Of a stretch of DNA of 64,000 nt, positions 42,123 through 50,775 are shown piece after piece (the stretch's first letter is position 1; each line of letters begins with the position of its first letter). Position numbers and translations under genes: made by a program. The stretch is from the NCBI GenBank assembly GCA_963676615.1, contig OY781092.1, positions 288,001 to 352,000 of the forward strand. Reading direction: 5' to 3'. The notes beneath the pieces are model-generated. The model saw only the letters and a program-made list of their open reading frames with translations. It was not told where the DNA came from and searched no databases. The stretch is from Candidatus Cloacimonadota bacterium. Its GTDB lineage: Bacteria > Cloacimonadota > Cloacimonadia > G963667145.

Positions 42123-42299
42123 ATGGGAAGATTGATGATGCTTGCGTTACTGCGAGTTTGCGACGAATTAGGGCTGGATTATAGAGAGAGTGAAAACGGT
42201 TGTTTGATAAAGAAACGAGATGCACGCTTGGAGGCGTTTTTAGCTAGAAATGGCTATGATAGTAGCGTTCAAGGTAGGAAGATAAAGGTGTTAATTTAA
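42123..42299 (+). CDS. Small early protein (58 aa)
   Basis: AAGGAGG RBS; hand-translated. Confidence 0.65.
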   Translation: MGRLMMLALLRVCDELGLDYRESENGCLIKKRDARLEAFLARNGYDSSVQGRKIKVLI

Positions 42300-42309
42300 G
42301 GAGGGATTT

Positions 42310-42468
42310 ATGAGTAACGATGAAAAAATGGAAGTAATAGAGTCGGCGTTAGAGTGGCTAAACGAGCGCCTGGAGAGCGGGCTGTCGCAAGAAGAGAAGG
42401 GAGCTTTTCACGCATTGTCGTGGATAGTTGACGGCTGTGAGCGTGACTGCTTTCCGTATTTAGACTAG
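42310..42468 (+). CDS. Small early protein (52 aa)
   Basis: AAGGAGG RBS; hand-translated. Confidence 0.65.
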   Translation: MSNDEKMEVIESALEWLNERLESGLSQEEKGAFHALSWIVDGCERDCFPYLD

Positions 42469-42476
42469 GAGGCGCT

Positions 42477-42587
42477 ATGGTGTATGTGTGCGAGTGCGAA
42501 GAGTGCGGCGGAGTGTTTTTTGATCCGTCGCTGGTGTATTGCCCGAATTGCGGCGGCTATTTGTGGCAGGAGGTGATGGATGCGTAA
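42477..42587 (+). CDS. Zn-ribbon microprotein (36 aa)
   Basis: AGGAGG RBS; MVYVCECEECGG...CPNCGG. Confidence 0.6.
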   Translation: MVYVCECEECGGVFFDPSLVYCPNCGGYLWQEVMDA

Positions 42588-43329
42588 GTTTAAGCCGCCT
42601 AGCGTAGAGGAGGTGGAGAGGGCTTGCGAGCAGGCGCCAGAGTGGACTTGTCCTGTTTGTGGGGCGAAAATCAAGCGTCTGCCGTCTCCACGCTGGGCGA
42701 TGCGCGGTGGCAGCTTGAGTTATTTGCTAGGGCGATGCGAGGCTTGCGAGGCGAAAAAAAAGGCTTTGGAGGAAAGACAGAGGCAGAAATTGCAGGCGCA
42801 GGAGTTGATTAGGGCGTCGAGTTTGCCGAGTCGGTTTGTGGCAGAAGCGGACTTGAAGATAACGGATGCGGATTTGTTTGCGAAGTTGGATGCTCTGGAG
42901 GTGGACAAGCGCTGGGTGTATTTGTGGGGCGCAAACAGCACGGGCAAAAGCACACAGATTGGGCGAACAATAAGGCGGCTGGTGCGCAAGGGCGTGGCTT
43001 GTTACTACATCAACGAGGTGGATTTTTTTGGGGCGATAAAGGCAAGCTGGGACAAGGCTGGCGAGAGTCAAAACGATTTGTTGAGCAAGGTTAAGTCGGC
43101 GCAGGTGCTGTTTTGGGACGAGTTTTGCTGGTATGATAACCGCAGTGGCTGGCGAGCGGATATTGTGTATAACATTTTGGAGAATTTTGAGACGCACGAC
43201 AAGCTGGTGGTTTTTGCGGGCAGGACGCAGGATAAGCAGCTGCCGAGCAAGCTGAATTTGGATCATTTGCATCGGCTGAAACGCAAGCGGTTGAGATGTT
43301 TGCGGCTGATAAACAAGCCGTTTTTTTAG
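42580..43329 (+). CDS. DnaC/IstB-like ATPase with N-terminal Zn finger
   Basis: CPVC...CEAC; YLWGANSTGKS Walker A; VLFWDE Walker B. Confidence 0.72.
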   Translation: MRKFKPPSVEEVERACEQAPEWTCPVCGAKIKRLPSPRWAMRGGSLSYLLGRCEACEAKKKALEERQRQKLQAQELIRASSLPSRFVAEADLKITDADLFAKLDALEVDKRWVYLWGANSTGKSTQIGRTIRRLVRKGVACYYINEVDFFGAIKASWDKAGESQNDLLSKVKSAQVLFWDEFCWYDNRSGWRADIVYNILENFETHDKLVVFAGRTQDKQLPSKLNLDHLHRLKRKRLRCLRLINKPFF

Positions 43330-43346
43330 CGAAAAAAGGAGGTAAA

Positions 43347-43490
43347 ATGCTTTATGTTGTGTGGGTTGCAACTGTGTTGGCGTTGTTGCGGGAGGTGAAC
43401 TATTACAGAAAGCGATACAAGGATGTTTACAATTTGTGGAAAGCGGAACAAGCGAAAAGGAGGGTTTGTGAGCGCGAGAGAAGAGGTTAA
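43347..43490 (+). CDS. Small membrane-anchored protein
   Basis: AAGGAGG RBS; hydrophobic N-terminus. Confidence 0.55.
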   Translation: MLYVVWVATVLALLREVNYYRKRYKDVYNLWKAEQAKRRVCERERRG

Positions 43491-43683
43491 AAGGACGATA
43501 AAGGCTTATGCGACGCTGGTTTACGGCAATGTATCGAAGATGAGCAGGGCACTTGGGCTAAACTCGAGGACGGTTTACTGTTTGCTGCAGGGGAGTCCGA
43601 CGCTGTGGCGGCTGCGGGAGAAAATAGCGGACGATATGCAGAGCAAGGGCTACAAGGAGTTTGCGGAAGTTTTGAGGAGCTAG
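43468..43683 (+). CDS. Ner/Cro-like HTH regulator
   Basis: GTG after AAGGAGG; VSKMSRALGLNSRTVY HTH; directly before the transposase, as for Mu ner. Confidence 0.65.
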   Translation: MSAREEVKRTIKAYATLVYGNVSKMSRALGLNSRTVYCLLQGSPTLWRLREKIADDMQSKGYKEFAEVLRS

Positions 43684-43685
43684 CT

Positions 43686-45755
43686 ATGGCGTGGATGACG
43701 ACGAAAGAGGCAGGCGTTTTAAAAGGGGTTAGTGCTCGAACCGTTCGAAGATGGGCTAAAGAGGGTAAGATTGAAAGCAAGACTATTCTTGAGACAGTCA
43801 AAAACAACAAAAAAATCTCTGTTTTATATGTCAAAATTGAAGCTGAAAATCGGAGGACAAAAACTGAAAAATGTCCCACGATAACGCCTCAAAAATCGGG
43901 GGACAAAATCGGAGGACAAAAAAATCGGGGGACAGCATCGGGGGACACAAAAAAACTGGCAGAACTAGACGACAAAGTGCTGGCAAAATGTCCGACGGTG
44001 TCGCACGGTTCGCACGCAGAGGACGAGCTGAGCGAAAATTACAAAATAGTGGCGCAGGAACGAGGCAAATTGTGCGAAAAGGCGCTGAAGCTGGCGGGGG
44101 AAAAGGGCAAGATTGAGGCGTATGGTTTGATTGTGGAGCTGTATAATCGGGGAATGCTGGGCGATGAGCTGAAGCGGCACGATAGGCGCAATGCGACGAT
44201 TACGGTGCGGACTTTTCAGCGCTGGATGGCGAAGTATATGCAGCATGACAGGGATTGTTTTGCGCTAGCTCCCGAATATGCGGTGTCTCGAAGCTCTTTT
44301 GAGAATGTGAGCGAGGACGAAAAGGCTTTTTTGCTGCGGCATTATCTAAAAGACACTAAGCCTGCAAAACAGTCGGTTATTCGTCTGCTGAAGCATATGG
44401 CGACGATCAACAAGGCGATAGATACGCCCAGCTCGGCGAGCACTTTGCGGCGATTTTTGGAAGATTATGAGCGAAAAAATCCGCATATAGCGGCTCTGGC
44501 GCGTGATGGTATGAAGCGGTTTAGCGACAAGTTTGTTCGCAGTATCGAGCGGGATATTGATCTGCTGAATGTGGGCGATGTGTTTGTGGCTGACGGTAAT
44601 GTGCTAAACTTTTCGATAGTGGAGCCACGCACGGGCAAAACTCGGCGGATGTTGTTTATTGCGATAATGGATATGCGCTCGCGGGCGATTGTGGGCGGTG
44701 CGATTGCGCCGACCGAGAACACGCTGAATATTATGAATGCGTGGCGGAACTCGTTTTTGAACTGGGGGCTGCCTCGGGCGATTTATCAAGACAACGGCAA
44801 GGCGTTCAAGAGCAGATACTTTGTGAGTTACAAAAACAAGAACTTGCCCGATTTGGCGGAGGAGTTTGGGGGGCTATTTGCGAGGCTAGGCATCGAAGAG
44901 CATTTTGCGACGCCATATAACGCAAAGGCGAAGCCGATCGAGCGCTGGTTCAAGACTTTTAACGACGGGTTTGAGAGGTTTTTGGATTGCTACACGGGTG
45001 CGTCGATTGCGGATAAGCCTGCTCGATACAGCAGGAACGAGAAATTTTTGCAGAAACTGAATAGCAGCACGCCGTTGACGCTCGAAGAGGCGCAGGCGCT
45101 GATGACGAATTACATTGCAAATTTCTATCACAAACAGGCGCACGCTGGACTCGGCGGCAAGACTCCGCTGCAGATGTTGAAGGAAAATCCGTGTCCCGCA
45201 GATCGCAAAATTGAGGCGGAGCGGCTGGATTATATGCTCTTAAAGGCAGAAGCGGTGCGGGTTAGCAAGCAGGGTGTGAAGTTGCAGGGGTTGCAGTATT
45301 GGCACGACGATTTGGCGATGTTGGTCGGGCAGCAGGTGATGATCAAATACGATTTGGTCGATATCGGCTGGGTGCGAGTTTACACGATGCAGGGCAAGCG
45401 AGTTTGCACGGCGTATCGGACAAAAGGGATGCATCCGATGCTGAGTTTGCTGCCAGAGGCGAAGCAAATTGAAACGCGCGAAGAGTTGAACGCTGCTATC
45501 AAAAAACAGCGAAAAGTCGAAAAAGACGCCAAAATTGCGCTTAAAAATCTGCAAGAGACTACAGAGACTATTGATGCAAAAATTGCGCTAAATACGCCGC
45601 TTATCGAGGGCGAAGAAAACGGGATGTTTGAAAATGAGCGGAAGCGCTTGGCGAAGCCGAAGAGTTGGGAGGAAAAAACGCAGGAAATTGAGTGCGAGAC
45701 ACACGAAGAAATTGAGGACGAGGGGAAAGTGCGCTGGGAAGAGGTCGGAATTTGA
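43686..45755 (+). CDS. Mu-type DDE transposase
   Basis: N-terminal HTH; FVADG, YQDNGKAF and AKPIERWF (DDE); Mu transposase C-terminal-like IKYDLVD. Confidence 0.93.
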   Translation: MAWMTTKEAGVLKGVSARTVRRWAKEGKIESKTILETVKNNKKISVLYVKIEAENRRTKTEKCPTITPQKSGDKIGGQKNRGTASGDTKKLAELDDKVLAKCPTVSHGSHAEDELSENYKIVAQERGKLCEKALKLAGEKGKIEAYGLIVELYNRGMLGDELKRHDRRNATITVRTFQRWMAKYMQHDRDCFALAPEYAVSRSSFENVSEDEKAFLLRHYLKDTKPAKQSVIRLLKHMATINKAIDTPSSASTLRRFLEDYERKNPHIAALARDGMKRFSDKFVRSIERDIDLLNVGDVFVADGNVLNFSIVEPRTGKTRRMLFIAIMDMRSRAIVGGAIAPTENTLNIMNAWRNSFLNWGLPRAIYQDNGKAFKSRYFVSYKNKNLPDLAEEFGGLFARLGIEEHFATPYNAKAKPIERWFKTFNDGFERFLDCYTGASIADKPARYSRNEKFLQKLNSSTPLTLEEAQALMTNYIANFYHKQAHAGLGGKTPLQMLKENPCPADRKIEAERLDYMLLKAEAVRVSKQGVKLQGLQYWHDDLAMLVGQQVMIKYDLVDIGWVRVYTMQGKRVCTAYRTKGMHPMLSLLPEAKQIETREELNAAIKKQRKVEKDAKIALKNLQETTETIDAKIALNTPLIEGEENGMFENERKRLAKPKSWEEKTQEIECETHEEIEDEGKVRWEEVGI
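43849..43947 (+). repeat. Five copies of ATCGGRGGACA inside the transposase gene
   Basis: Copies at 43849, 43895, 43908, 43924 and 43937, in different codon phases. Confidence 0.85.
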
Positions 45756-45770
45756 TATCTAGGAGGTAAA

Positions 45771-46478
45771 ATGGTATCGAATAAATTGGTAAAAACGAAA
45801 AACATAGCGAAAGCGGAGCGCTGTTTGGGTTATTTGCTCGGGCGTCCGCGGTCGGAGATGGTCGGGCTTGGACTGATATATGGAGCGCCTGGCTTGGGCA
45901 AGACGCGCTGGGCGCAAAAGACGGCGCTGGCGAACAATTACATTTATTTGAAGCTGCAGTCGACCAGCTCGGGCAAGAATTTTTGTGTGAAGTTGTTGGA
46001 ACGGCTGGATTTTTATTTGCAGTTGGGTGGTGTAAACTTGCGAGGACAGACAGGGACGCTGTTTGCACGGATTGTGGATGTGCTAAACAAACATCCCGAG
46101 GCGGTAATCGTGATCGACGAGGTCGATTACGCTTTTGGCAATAGTAGGCTGCTGGGGCTGATACGCGATATGGTGGATGAGAGTTTTGCGACGGTGTTGC
46201 TGGTCGGGATGCAGGACGCTAAACGGGCACTTCTGCGGGCAAATGCACATTACTTCGATCGATGCAACTATTTTTGCGAGTTTGAGAGTCTAGGCAAAGA
46301 CGATGTGAAGCGGGTGTTGTCGGAGGTTTGCGAGGTTGAGCTGGATGCGGCGGCGATGAACATTGTGCATAAGCAAACAGGCGGAACGCTGCGGAAGCTG
46401 GTTAAGGCGGTGTATTTGTGTGAAAATATCGCAAAGCAAGGCAAACTGGAGCTGATAACAGCAAAGGAGCTGTCGTGA
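45771..46478 (+). CDS. MuB-like AAA+ transposition ATPase
   Basis: GAPGLGKT; IVIDEVD; LLVGM; GGTLRKL; follows the transposase. Confidence 0.88.
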   Translation: MVSNKLVKTKNIAKAERCLGYLLGRPRSEMVGLGLIYGAPGLGKTRWAQKTALANNYIYLKLQSTSSGKNFCVKLLERLDFYLQLGGVNLRGQTGTLFARIVDVLNKHPEAVIVIDEVDYAFGNSRLLGLIRDMVDESFATVLLVGMQDAKRALLRANAHYFDRCNYFCEFESLGKDDVKRVLSEVCEVELDAAAMNIVHKQTGGTLRKLVKAVYLCENIAKQGKLELITAKELS

Positions 46479-46873
46479 GAGGCAAAAAGGGGCAAATTTT
46501 GAAGTTTGTGAGTTACTACGCTGAGCGACCTGTGTGCTACAAGGAGGTGGCAGATATTACGGGGATAGATACGAAGACGGTGCAAAATTATCTGTCGCTG
46601 TTGCACAAGCAGGGGTTTTTGCGGATAGCATTTTCGCAGAGAGGGAGAGCGTTTTTTGCAAGGACAGAAAAAGAGTGCATCGACGAGCGGATGCAATCGA
46701 AATTGGGCAAAGAAAAAGAGGTGCTGCGGGCGATTGGGCGAAAGACGATGATGTTTGCGGCGATAAATGCACGGGTTATGCAATGCAGGAGTTGCTTGGA
46801 GCAGACGGTGTCGCGGATGGTGGCTAAGGGGTCGTTGCGGCGGATAAAAAGGGGGTGTTATGTGCGAGTCTGA
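46475..46873 (+). CDS. Winged-helix DNA-binding protein
   Basis: YKEVADITGIDTKTVQNYLSLLHKQGFL. Confidence 0.65.
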   Translation: MRGKKGQILKFVSYYAERPVCYKEVADITGIDTKTVQNYLSLLHKQGFLRIAFSQRGRAFFARTEKECIDERMQSKLGKEKEVLRAIGRKTMMFAAINARVMQCRSCLEQTVSRMVAKGSLRRIKRGCYVRV

Positions 46874-47270
46874 GGCTAAAAAGACACGGCAAAGAATAAT
46901 GGCGATGGCAAGCAGGCTGGGCTGGGACAGCGAGACGGCGCACGAGTTGTTTGCCGCGTGGGGCTATGGCTGCAGTTTGCGGAAGCTGGGTCTGCCGAAG
47001 TTGCGTGAGCTGAGCAGCATAATTGGGAGACGATTGATGAACAATAGGCGAAAGTTGACATTACGGCGAGGCGAAGAGGCACAAAGTTTGCGCAGGCAGA
47101 TTTTTTGGACTAAAGCACAATTTGAGAAGTTGCTGCAGTTAAAGTTCGACAAAAGTGTTTGGGGGGAGCTGAGCGAAAAGCAGCAAAAGATGGTGCTGGC
47201 AATTTTGAGGAATTACAGGCGCAAGCGAGATGATATTACGCAGGCGATAGGGGGCAAAGATGCAAGCTAG
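46860..47270 (+). CDS. Possible GemA/gp16-like protein
   Basis: RIMAMASRLGWD...SLRKL pattern and Mu early-region position. Confidence 0.4.
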   Translation: MCESEAKKTRQRIMAMASRLGWDSETAHELFAAWGYGCSLRKLGLPKLRELSSIIGRRLMNNRRKLTLRRGEEAQSLRRQIFWTKAQFEKLLQLKFDKSVWGELSEKQQKMVLAILRNYRRKRDDITQAIGGKDAS

Positions 47271-47442
47271 GGAAGCAGAAGTTGTGTTTAAATGCAAGTA
47301 TCAAGCGCCGAATGGCGGATTTGTGATCGGGCATTTGACAGAAAAAGAGATGATAGCGATAAGCAACAGCGGGCGTTATATCGCGCTGTATGTTGGGCAA
47401 AAATTGCCGAAGAGAAAAAGGAAAACTGGAGGTGAAAAATGA
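47260..47442 (+). CDS. Hypothetical protein
   Basis: ORF overlapping both neighbours. Confidence 0.5.
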   Translation: MQAREAEVVFKCKYQAPNGGFVIGHLTEKEMIAISNSGRYIALYVGQKLPKRKRKTGGEK

Positions 47443-48020
47443 AATATATAAACGATAAAGGCAGAGAAGTGGCAAGTAGGTTAGTCAGTTCTGATGATAA
47501 AAAGCGGGATAGACTAGTCAATAAACTGCTGGCAAGGGCAGGCAAACTTTCGCGGACGATTGCGAAAGAAAAAGAGGTTTTTCGCGCAGATTTGGTGAAA
47601 TATTTGGATGCTGTGGCGGCGAAATACGGCGAGAACTGGCGCGGAAATGCGACGCTGTATAACTACGCAAAGACGAAGCTGGTAAAGATTTGCGTGTCGG
47701 ATACGATCACTTTTGATGAGAAGCTGTCGATAGCGAAGCAAAAAATCGACGAATATATTAAGCAGATTACGCAGGGCTCGAAGCCTGAGATTGTTGCTCT
47801 GGTTGATGCGGCGTTTCAAGTTGACAAGAAAAGATCGGTCGATCCTAAGCAGATTTTTCGTTTGCGGCAGGCGAAGATCAAGGATACGAGGTGGCAGGAG
47901 GCGATGGAGATTATCGCGGATAGTGTGCAGATTATAAGCACAAAGTCGTATTTGAATTTTCGCGAGCGCGAGCTGGGGGGCAAGTGGAAGACTGTGCCGC
48001 TGAATTTTAGCGAGGTGTAA
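47439..48020 (+). CDS. DUF3164-like (Gam-related) Mu-like phage protein
   Basis: ITFDEKLSIAKQKIDE, AFQVDK, WQEAMEII..S, KSYLNF pattern. Confidence 0.75.
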   Translation: MKYINDKGREVASRLVSSDDKKRDRLVNKLLARAGKLSRTIAKEKEVFRADLVKYLDAVAAKYGENWRGNATLYNYAKTKLVKICVSDTITFDEKLSIAKQKIDEYIKQITQGSKPEIVALVDAAFQVDKKRSVDPKQIFRLRQAKIKDTRWQEAMEIIADSVQIISTKSYLNFRERELGGKWKTVPLNFSEV

Positions 48021-48023
48021 AAA

Positions 48024-48227
48024 ATGGGGATGTTCGAGCAGGACAGGAGCTACTATTTGCGGAGTGTGAGCGCAAAGCTGAACTGGAGCGAGCGGACGCT
48101 GCGCAGGGCTATCGATTGTGGCGAGATTAAGGCTTTTCGCAGGCGAGCAGGAGCGCCGTTGCAGGTTAGAGGCGAGGAGCTGAATAGATATATCTCGACG
48201 CTGGAGGATGAGGAGGTGAATAGATGA
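48024..48227 (+). CDS. Xis-like HTH protein, candidate late activator
   Basis: VSAKLNWSERTLRRAIDCGEIKAFR. Confidence 0.65.
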   Translation: MGMFEQDRSYYLRSVSAKLNWSERTLRRAIDCGEIKAFRRRAGAPLQVRGEELNRYISTLEDEEVNR

Positions 48228-48409
48228 ACTGTAAAGCTGGCGCTATTGTTGAGTTTATATTGTTAGGTAAAAAGATTAAGGCGACTTCTCTTGGGATTAT
48301 TTCAGATCCTTTGCATAAGCATGAAGACAAGGTTAAGGTAAGAGTTTTAGGTGGAGAATATGGGATACCTGTGAGTGAAATTCTTTCAGTTGAGAAGGCA
48401 GATAAATGA
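48224..48409 (+). CDS. Hypothetical protein
   Basis: GGAGG RBS; ATGA overlap. Confidence 0.6.
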   Translation: MNCKAGAIVEFILLGKKIKATSLGIISDPLHKHEDKVKVRVLGGEYGIPVSEILSVEKADK

Positions 48410-48669
48410 CTGCGCTTGATTTTTATAAATTTATATTTAAAAATAGAATTGAATATCATTGGGCGGATAATGCTGAGGAAAAAGATGTTGTCTTTTTCGT
48501 CTCTTTTGATGAGGCAAAGGAGCTAAACAAATTGTTAGATGCGTCTATTCTTGATGAATCTGGCATTGAATGTCACATGAAAAATGGATACTTAGCGTTT
48601 TGGGCAGATGAAATCCTTAGCCATTACGGAATTGAGCTGAAAGATATTTTTGAGGAGGATGATGAGTAG
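48406..48669 (+). CDS. Small acidic hypothetical protein
   Basis: ATGA overlap; last gene before the terminator. Confidence 0.65.
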   Translation: MTALDFYKFIFKNRIEYHWADNAEEKDVVFFVSFDEAKELNKLLDASILDESGIECHMKNGYLAFWADEILSHYGIELKDIFEEDDE

Positions 48670-48692
48670 GTAGTTTTAGTAAAATGCGAGAT

Positions 48693-48721
48693 AAGCTCTC
48701 CCGAAAGGGAGGGCTTTTTTT
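48693..48721 (+). terminator. Terminator closing the early/middle operon
   Basis: AAGCTCTCCC-GAAA-GGGAGGGCTT followed by a T tract. Confidence 0.88.
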
Positions 48722-48732
48722 ATGCGAAAAAA

Positions 48733-48760
48733 TGACACGAGCGGACACGAGAGCTTGCCA
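48733..48760 (+). promoter_or_regulatory. Putative late promoter/activator site 2
   Basis: TGACACGAGCGGACACG-N3-GCTTGCC, same 17-mer as at 30956. Confidence 0.65.
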
Positions 48761-48788
48761 GCGGCGGATTGGCTGGTTGTGTGTAGGT

Positions 48789-50324
48789 ATGAAGAAATTT
48801 ACACAAAAGCAGTATAAGAAGCTGTTTGAGATTGCGGGTAGAACGGCGTCGGTGTTGCCGTTTGCGAGCGATACGCCTGCTGAGCGGCAAAAGCGAAAGG
48901 AAAAGGCTACACGCCAAAGCTGGCAGGGGTTCGAGTGTTTTTGCAAAATATATTTCCCGCATTTTTTTGAGCTTGGATTTTGCGATGCGCATAGGGAGAT
49001 GTGGCAAAGGACGCAAGGGAATTGTAATGGGATTACGGCGATTACGGGGTTTCGAAGGCTTGGGAAAACGGTGCTGATGGGCGTTGCGTATAATATTTGG
49101 CTGATTGTTTTGGGTGAAAAATACAGCGTGCATGTTGCGGCGGACGAGGGGTTGGCGGAAGAGCGGACGATGTTTATTTATAGCGAGCTGACGAACAATA
49201 AGCGGCTCTTGCACGACTGGACTTGGCTGGCTATCAAAGGCGGCGAGGAGAAAGATTTTTATCTGCAAAACGATAGCAGGGTGCGGGCAAGAGGTATCAG
49301 CCAGGCGGTGCGAGGGACTATCAACCCACGCACAGGAAAGCGTCCTGGATTGATAATTTGCGACGATATTGATGCAGAGAAAAATATGGGAAATTTCAGC
49401 ATCGGCAAGCGGAAAATGGAGAAGATAAATGAAGAGATTAGCGGAGCGTTGTGTCCAGGCGGACGGTGTTTGTGGTTGGGGAACTTGACGCATCCGAATT
49501 ACGCTATTTCGCAATTTGCGGAGTTGATTAAGGGCGAAATTTTGGCAGAAGAAAGAGGCGCGAGAGTTGACGCGAGAAAGCATTTTATAAGCGGGAGGAA
49601 ACAGCTTTTGCGGTTTGCGCTTGAAGACGAAAAAGGGCGGTCTGTGTGGGAAGAGCAGTATCCGACGCAAGAGCTGGGAGAGTTGCGGAAACAATACGGT
49701 CACACGGGCTATCAGCGGGAGATGCTGGGCAAGCCAGTGATCGAGGGCAACATTTTCAAAAACGAGTGGTTTAAGGAATACAGTCGCATCGACGAGAAGG
49801 TTAAGCAGGTGTGGATGTATGCAGATCCTGCGTGGGGCGAAAAGGGTTGTTATAAGGCGATTGTGAGCATCGCGTGGACAGGTAGCAAGTTCTATCTGTT
49901 GCACGCGTGGGTTAGGCGGACGAAAAACAGTGTGTTTTTTGAGGTTTATACGGATATTTTTGCGGAGCTGGATAGGCGGTATGGGGCGAGATTTCGGGCG
50001 GCGATTGAGTGCAACTATGGACAAGAGCGGATTTTGGCGGATATGGACGAGTGGTGCGGGCAAAACGCACGCCCGAACATCTCGCATTTGGTTAAGAAAA
50101 TTTATAACAGAGAGAATAAAAATCTGCGGATCGAACGGACGGAAACTTATATCGAGAGCGGGAAGTTGCTATTCCCGAATGGGCAAGATATGCCGACGCT
50201 GAAGGCGCAGTTTTTGACTTATCCTGACGGCGAGGTTGATGCACCTGACGCGGTTGCAGGATGTCTGGAGCGATTTGGGAATTACAGCAAAAGAAAGCTG
50301 CGAATAAGGAGTTATAATGCCTAG
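48789..50324 (+). CDS. Terminase large subunit
   Basis: GFRRLGKT Walker A; LIICDDID Walker B; YADPA and DAPDA nuclease motifs; ATG 48789 chosen because 48684 lies upstream of the terminator. Confidence 0.88.
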   Translation: MKKFTQKQYKKLFEIAGRTASVLPFASDTPAERQKRKEKATRQSWQGFECFCKIYFPHFFELGFCDAHREMWQRTQGNCNGITAITGFRRLGKTVLMGVAYNIWLIVLGEKYSVHVAADEGLAEERTMFIYSELTNNKRLLHDWTWLAIKGGEEKDFYLQNDSRVRARGISQAVRGTINPRTGKRPGLIICDDIDAEKNMGNFSIGKRKMEKINEEISGALCPGGRCLWLGNLTHPNYAISQFAELIKGEILAEERGARVDARKHFISGRKQLLRFALEDEKGRSVWEEQYPTQELGELRKQYGHTGYQREMLGKPVIEGNIFKNEWFKEYSRIDEKVKQVWMYADPAWGEKGCYKAIVSIAWTGSKFYLLHAWVRRTKNSVFFEVYTDIFAELDRRYGARFRAAIECNYGQERILADMDEWCGQNARPNISHLVKKIYNRENKNLRIERTETYIESGKLLFPNGQDMPTLKAQFLTYPDGEVDAPDAVAGCLERFGNYSKRKLRIRSYNA

Positions 50325-50775
50325 GGCGACGAACACTAGAGCGAATAAAGAGCGAATAAAGCAGGCAAAGGCGATGTATCTGGCAGGCAATACCGACTCG
50401 GCGAATTTGGCTGCGATTTTTAATGTGAGCGAGCGGACGATTTTGCGCTGGATAGCAAGTTACGGCTGGGCGACGGAAAAATCGGAAGAGCAGCAGCTCG
50501 AGGCAGAAATCGACAAGGCGGTAAAAAAAGCACTGCTGGAGGCTTTGCGTAACTACAAAGATAATCCAGGCGAGGTCGCGCTGCAGAGTCTAACGAGTCT
50601 GCTAAAGCAATATATGCAAAAAAACAAGCCCGCAAAGGAGCTGAACGAGTATATTTTGCTGTTTGTAGAGCAGGTGGTTGACTACGCACTCGACAACGAT
50701 CTGGAGAGTTTGCGCGAGATTTGGCAGGAGAATTTGGTGAAGATTGCGGAGTATTTGAGGGCGAAAAATGGTTAG
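50317..50775 (+). CDS. Putative terminase small subunit (HTH)
   Basis: AKAMYL...LAAIFNVSERTILRW...GW. Confidence 0.65.
   Translation: MPRATNTRANKERIKQAKAMYLAGNTDSANLAAIFNVSERTILRWIASYGWATEKSEEQQLEAEIDKAVKKALLEALRNYKDNPGEVALQSLTSLLKQYMQKNKPAKELNEYILLFVEQVVDYALDNDLESLREIWQENLVKIAEYLRAKNG

Noticed and set aside
43686..46478. CRISPR-associated transposon (TnsB/TnsC with I-B Cascade)
   Set aside because: The transposase and ATPase lie among full phage genes, there is no TniQ/TnsA, and the cas genes are outside the ends.
48684..48788. N-terminal extension of the terminase ORF
   Set aside because: Spans a terminator and the putative late promoter; ATG 48789 is more plausible.
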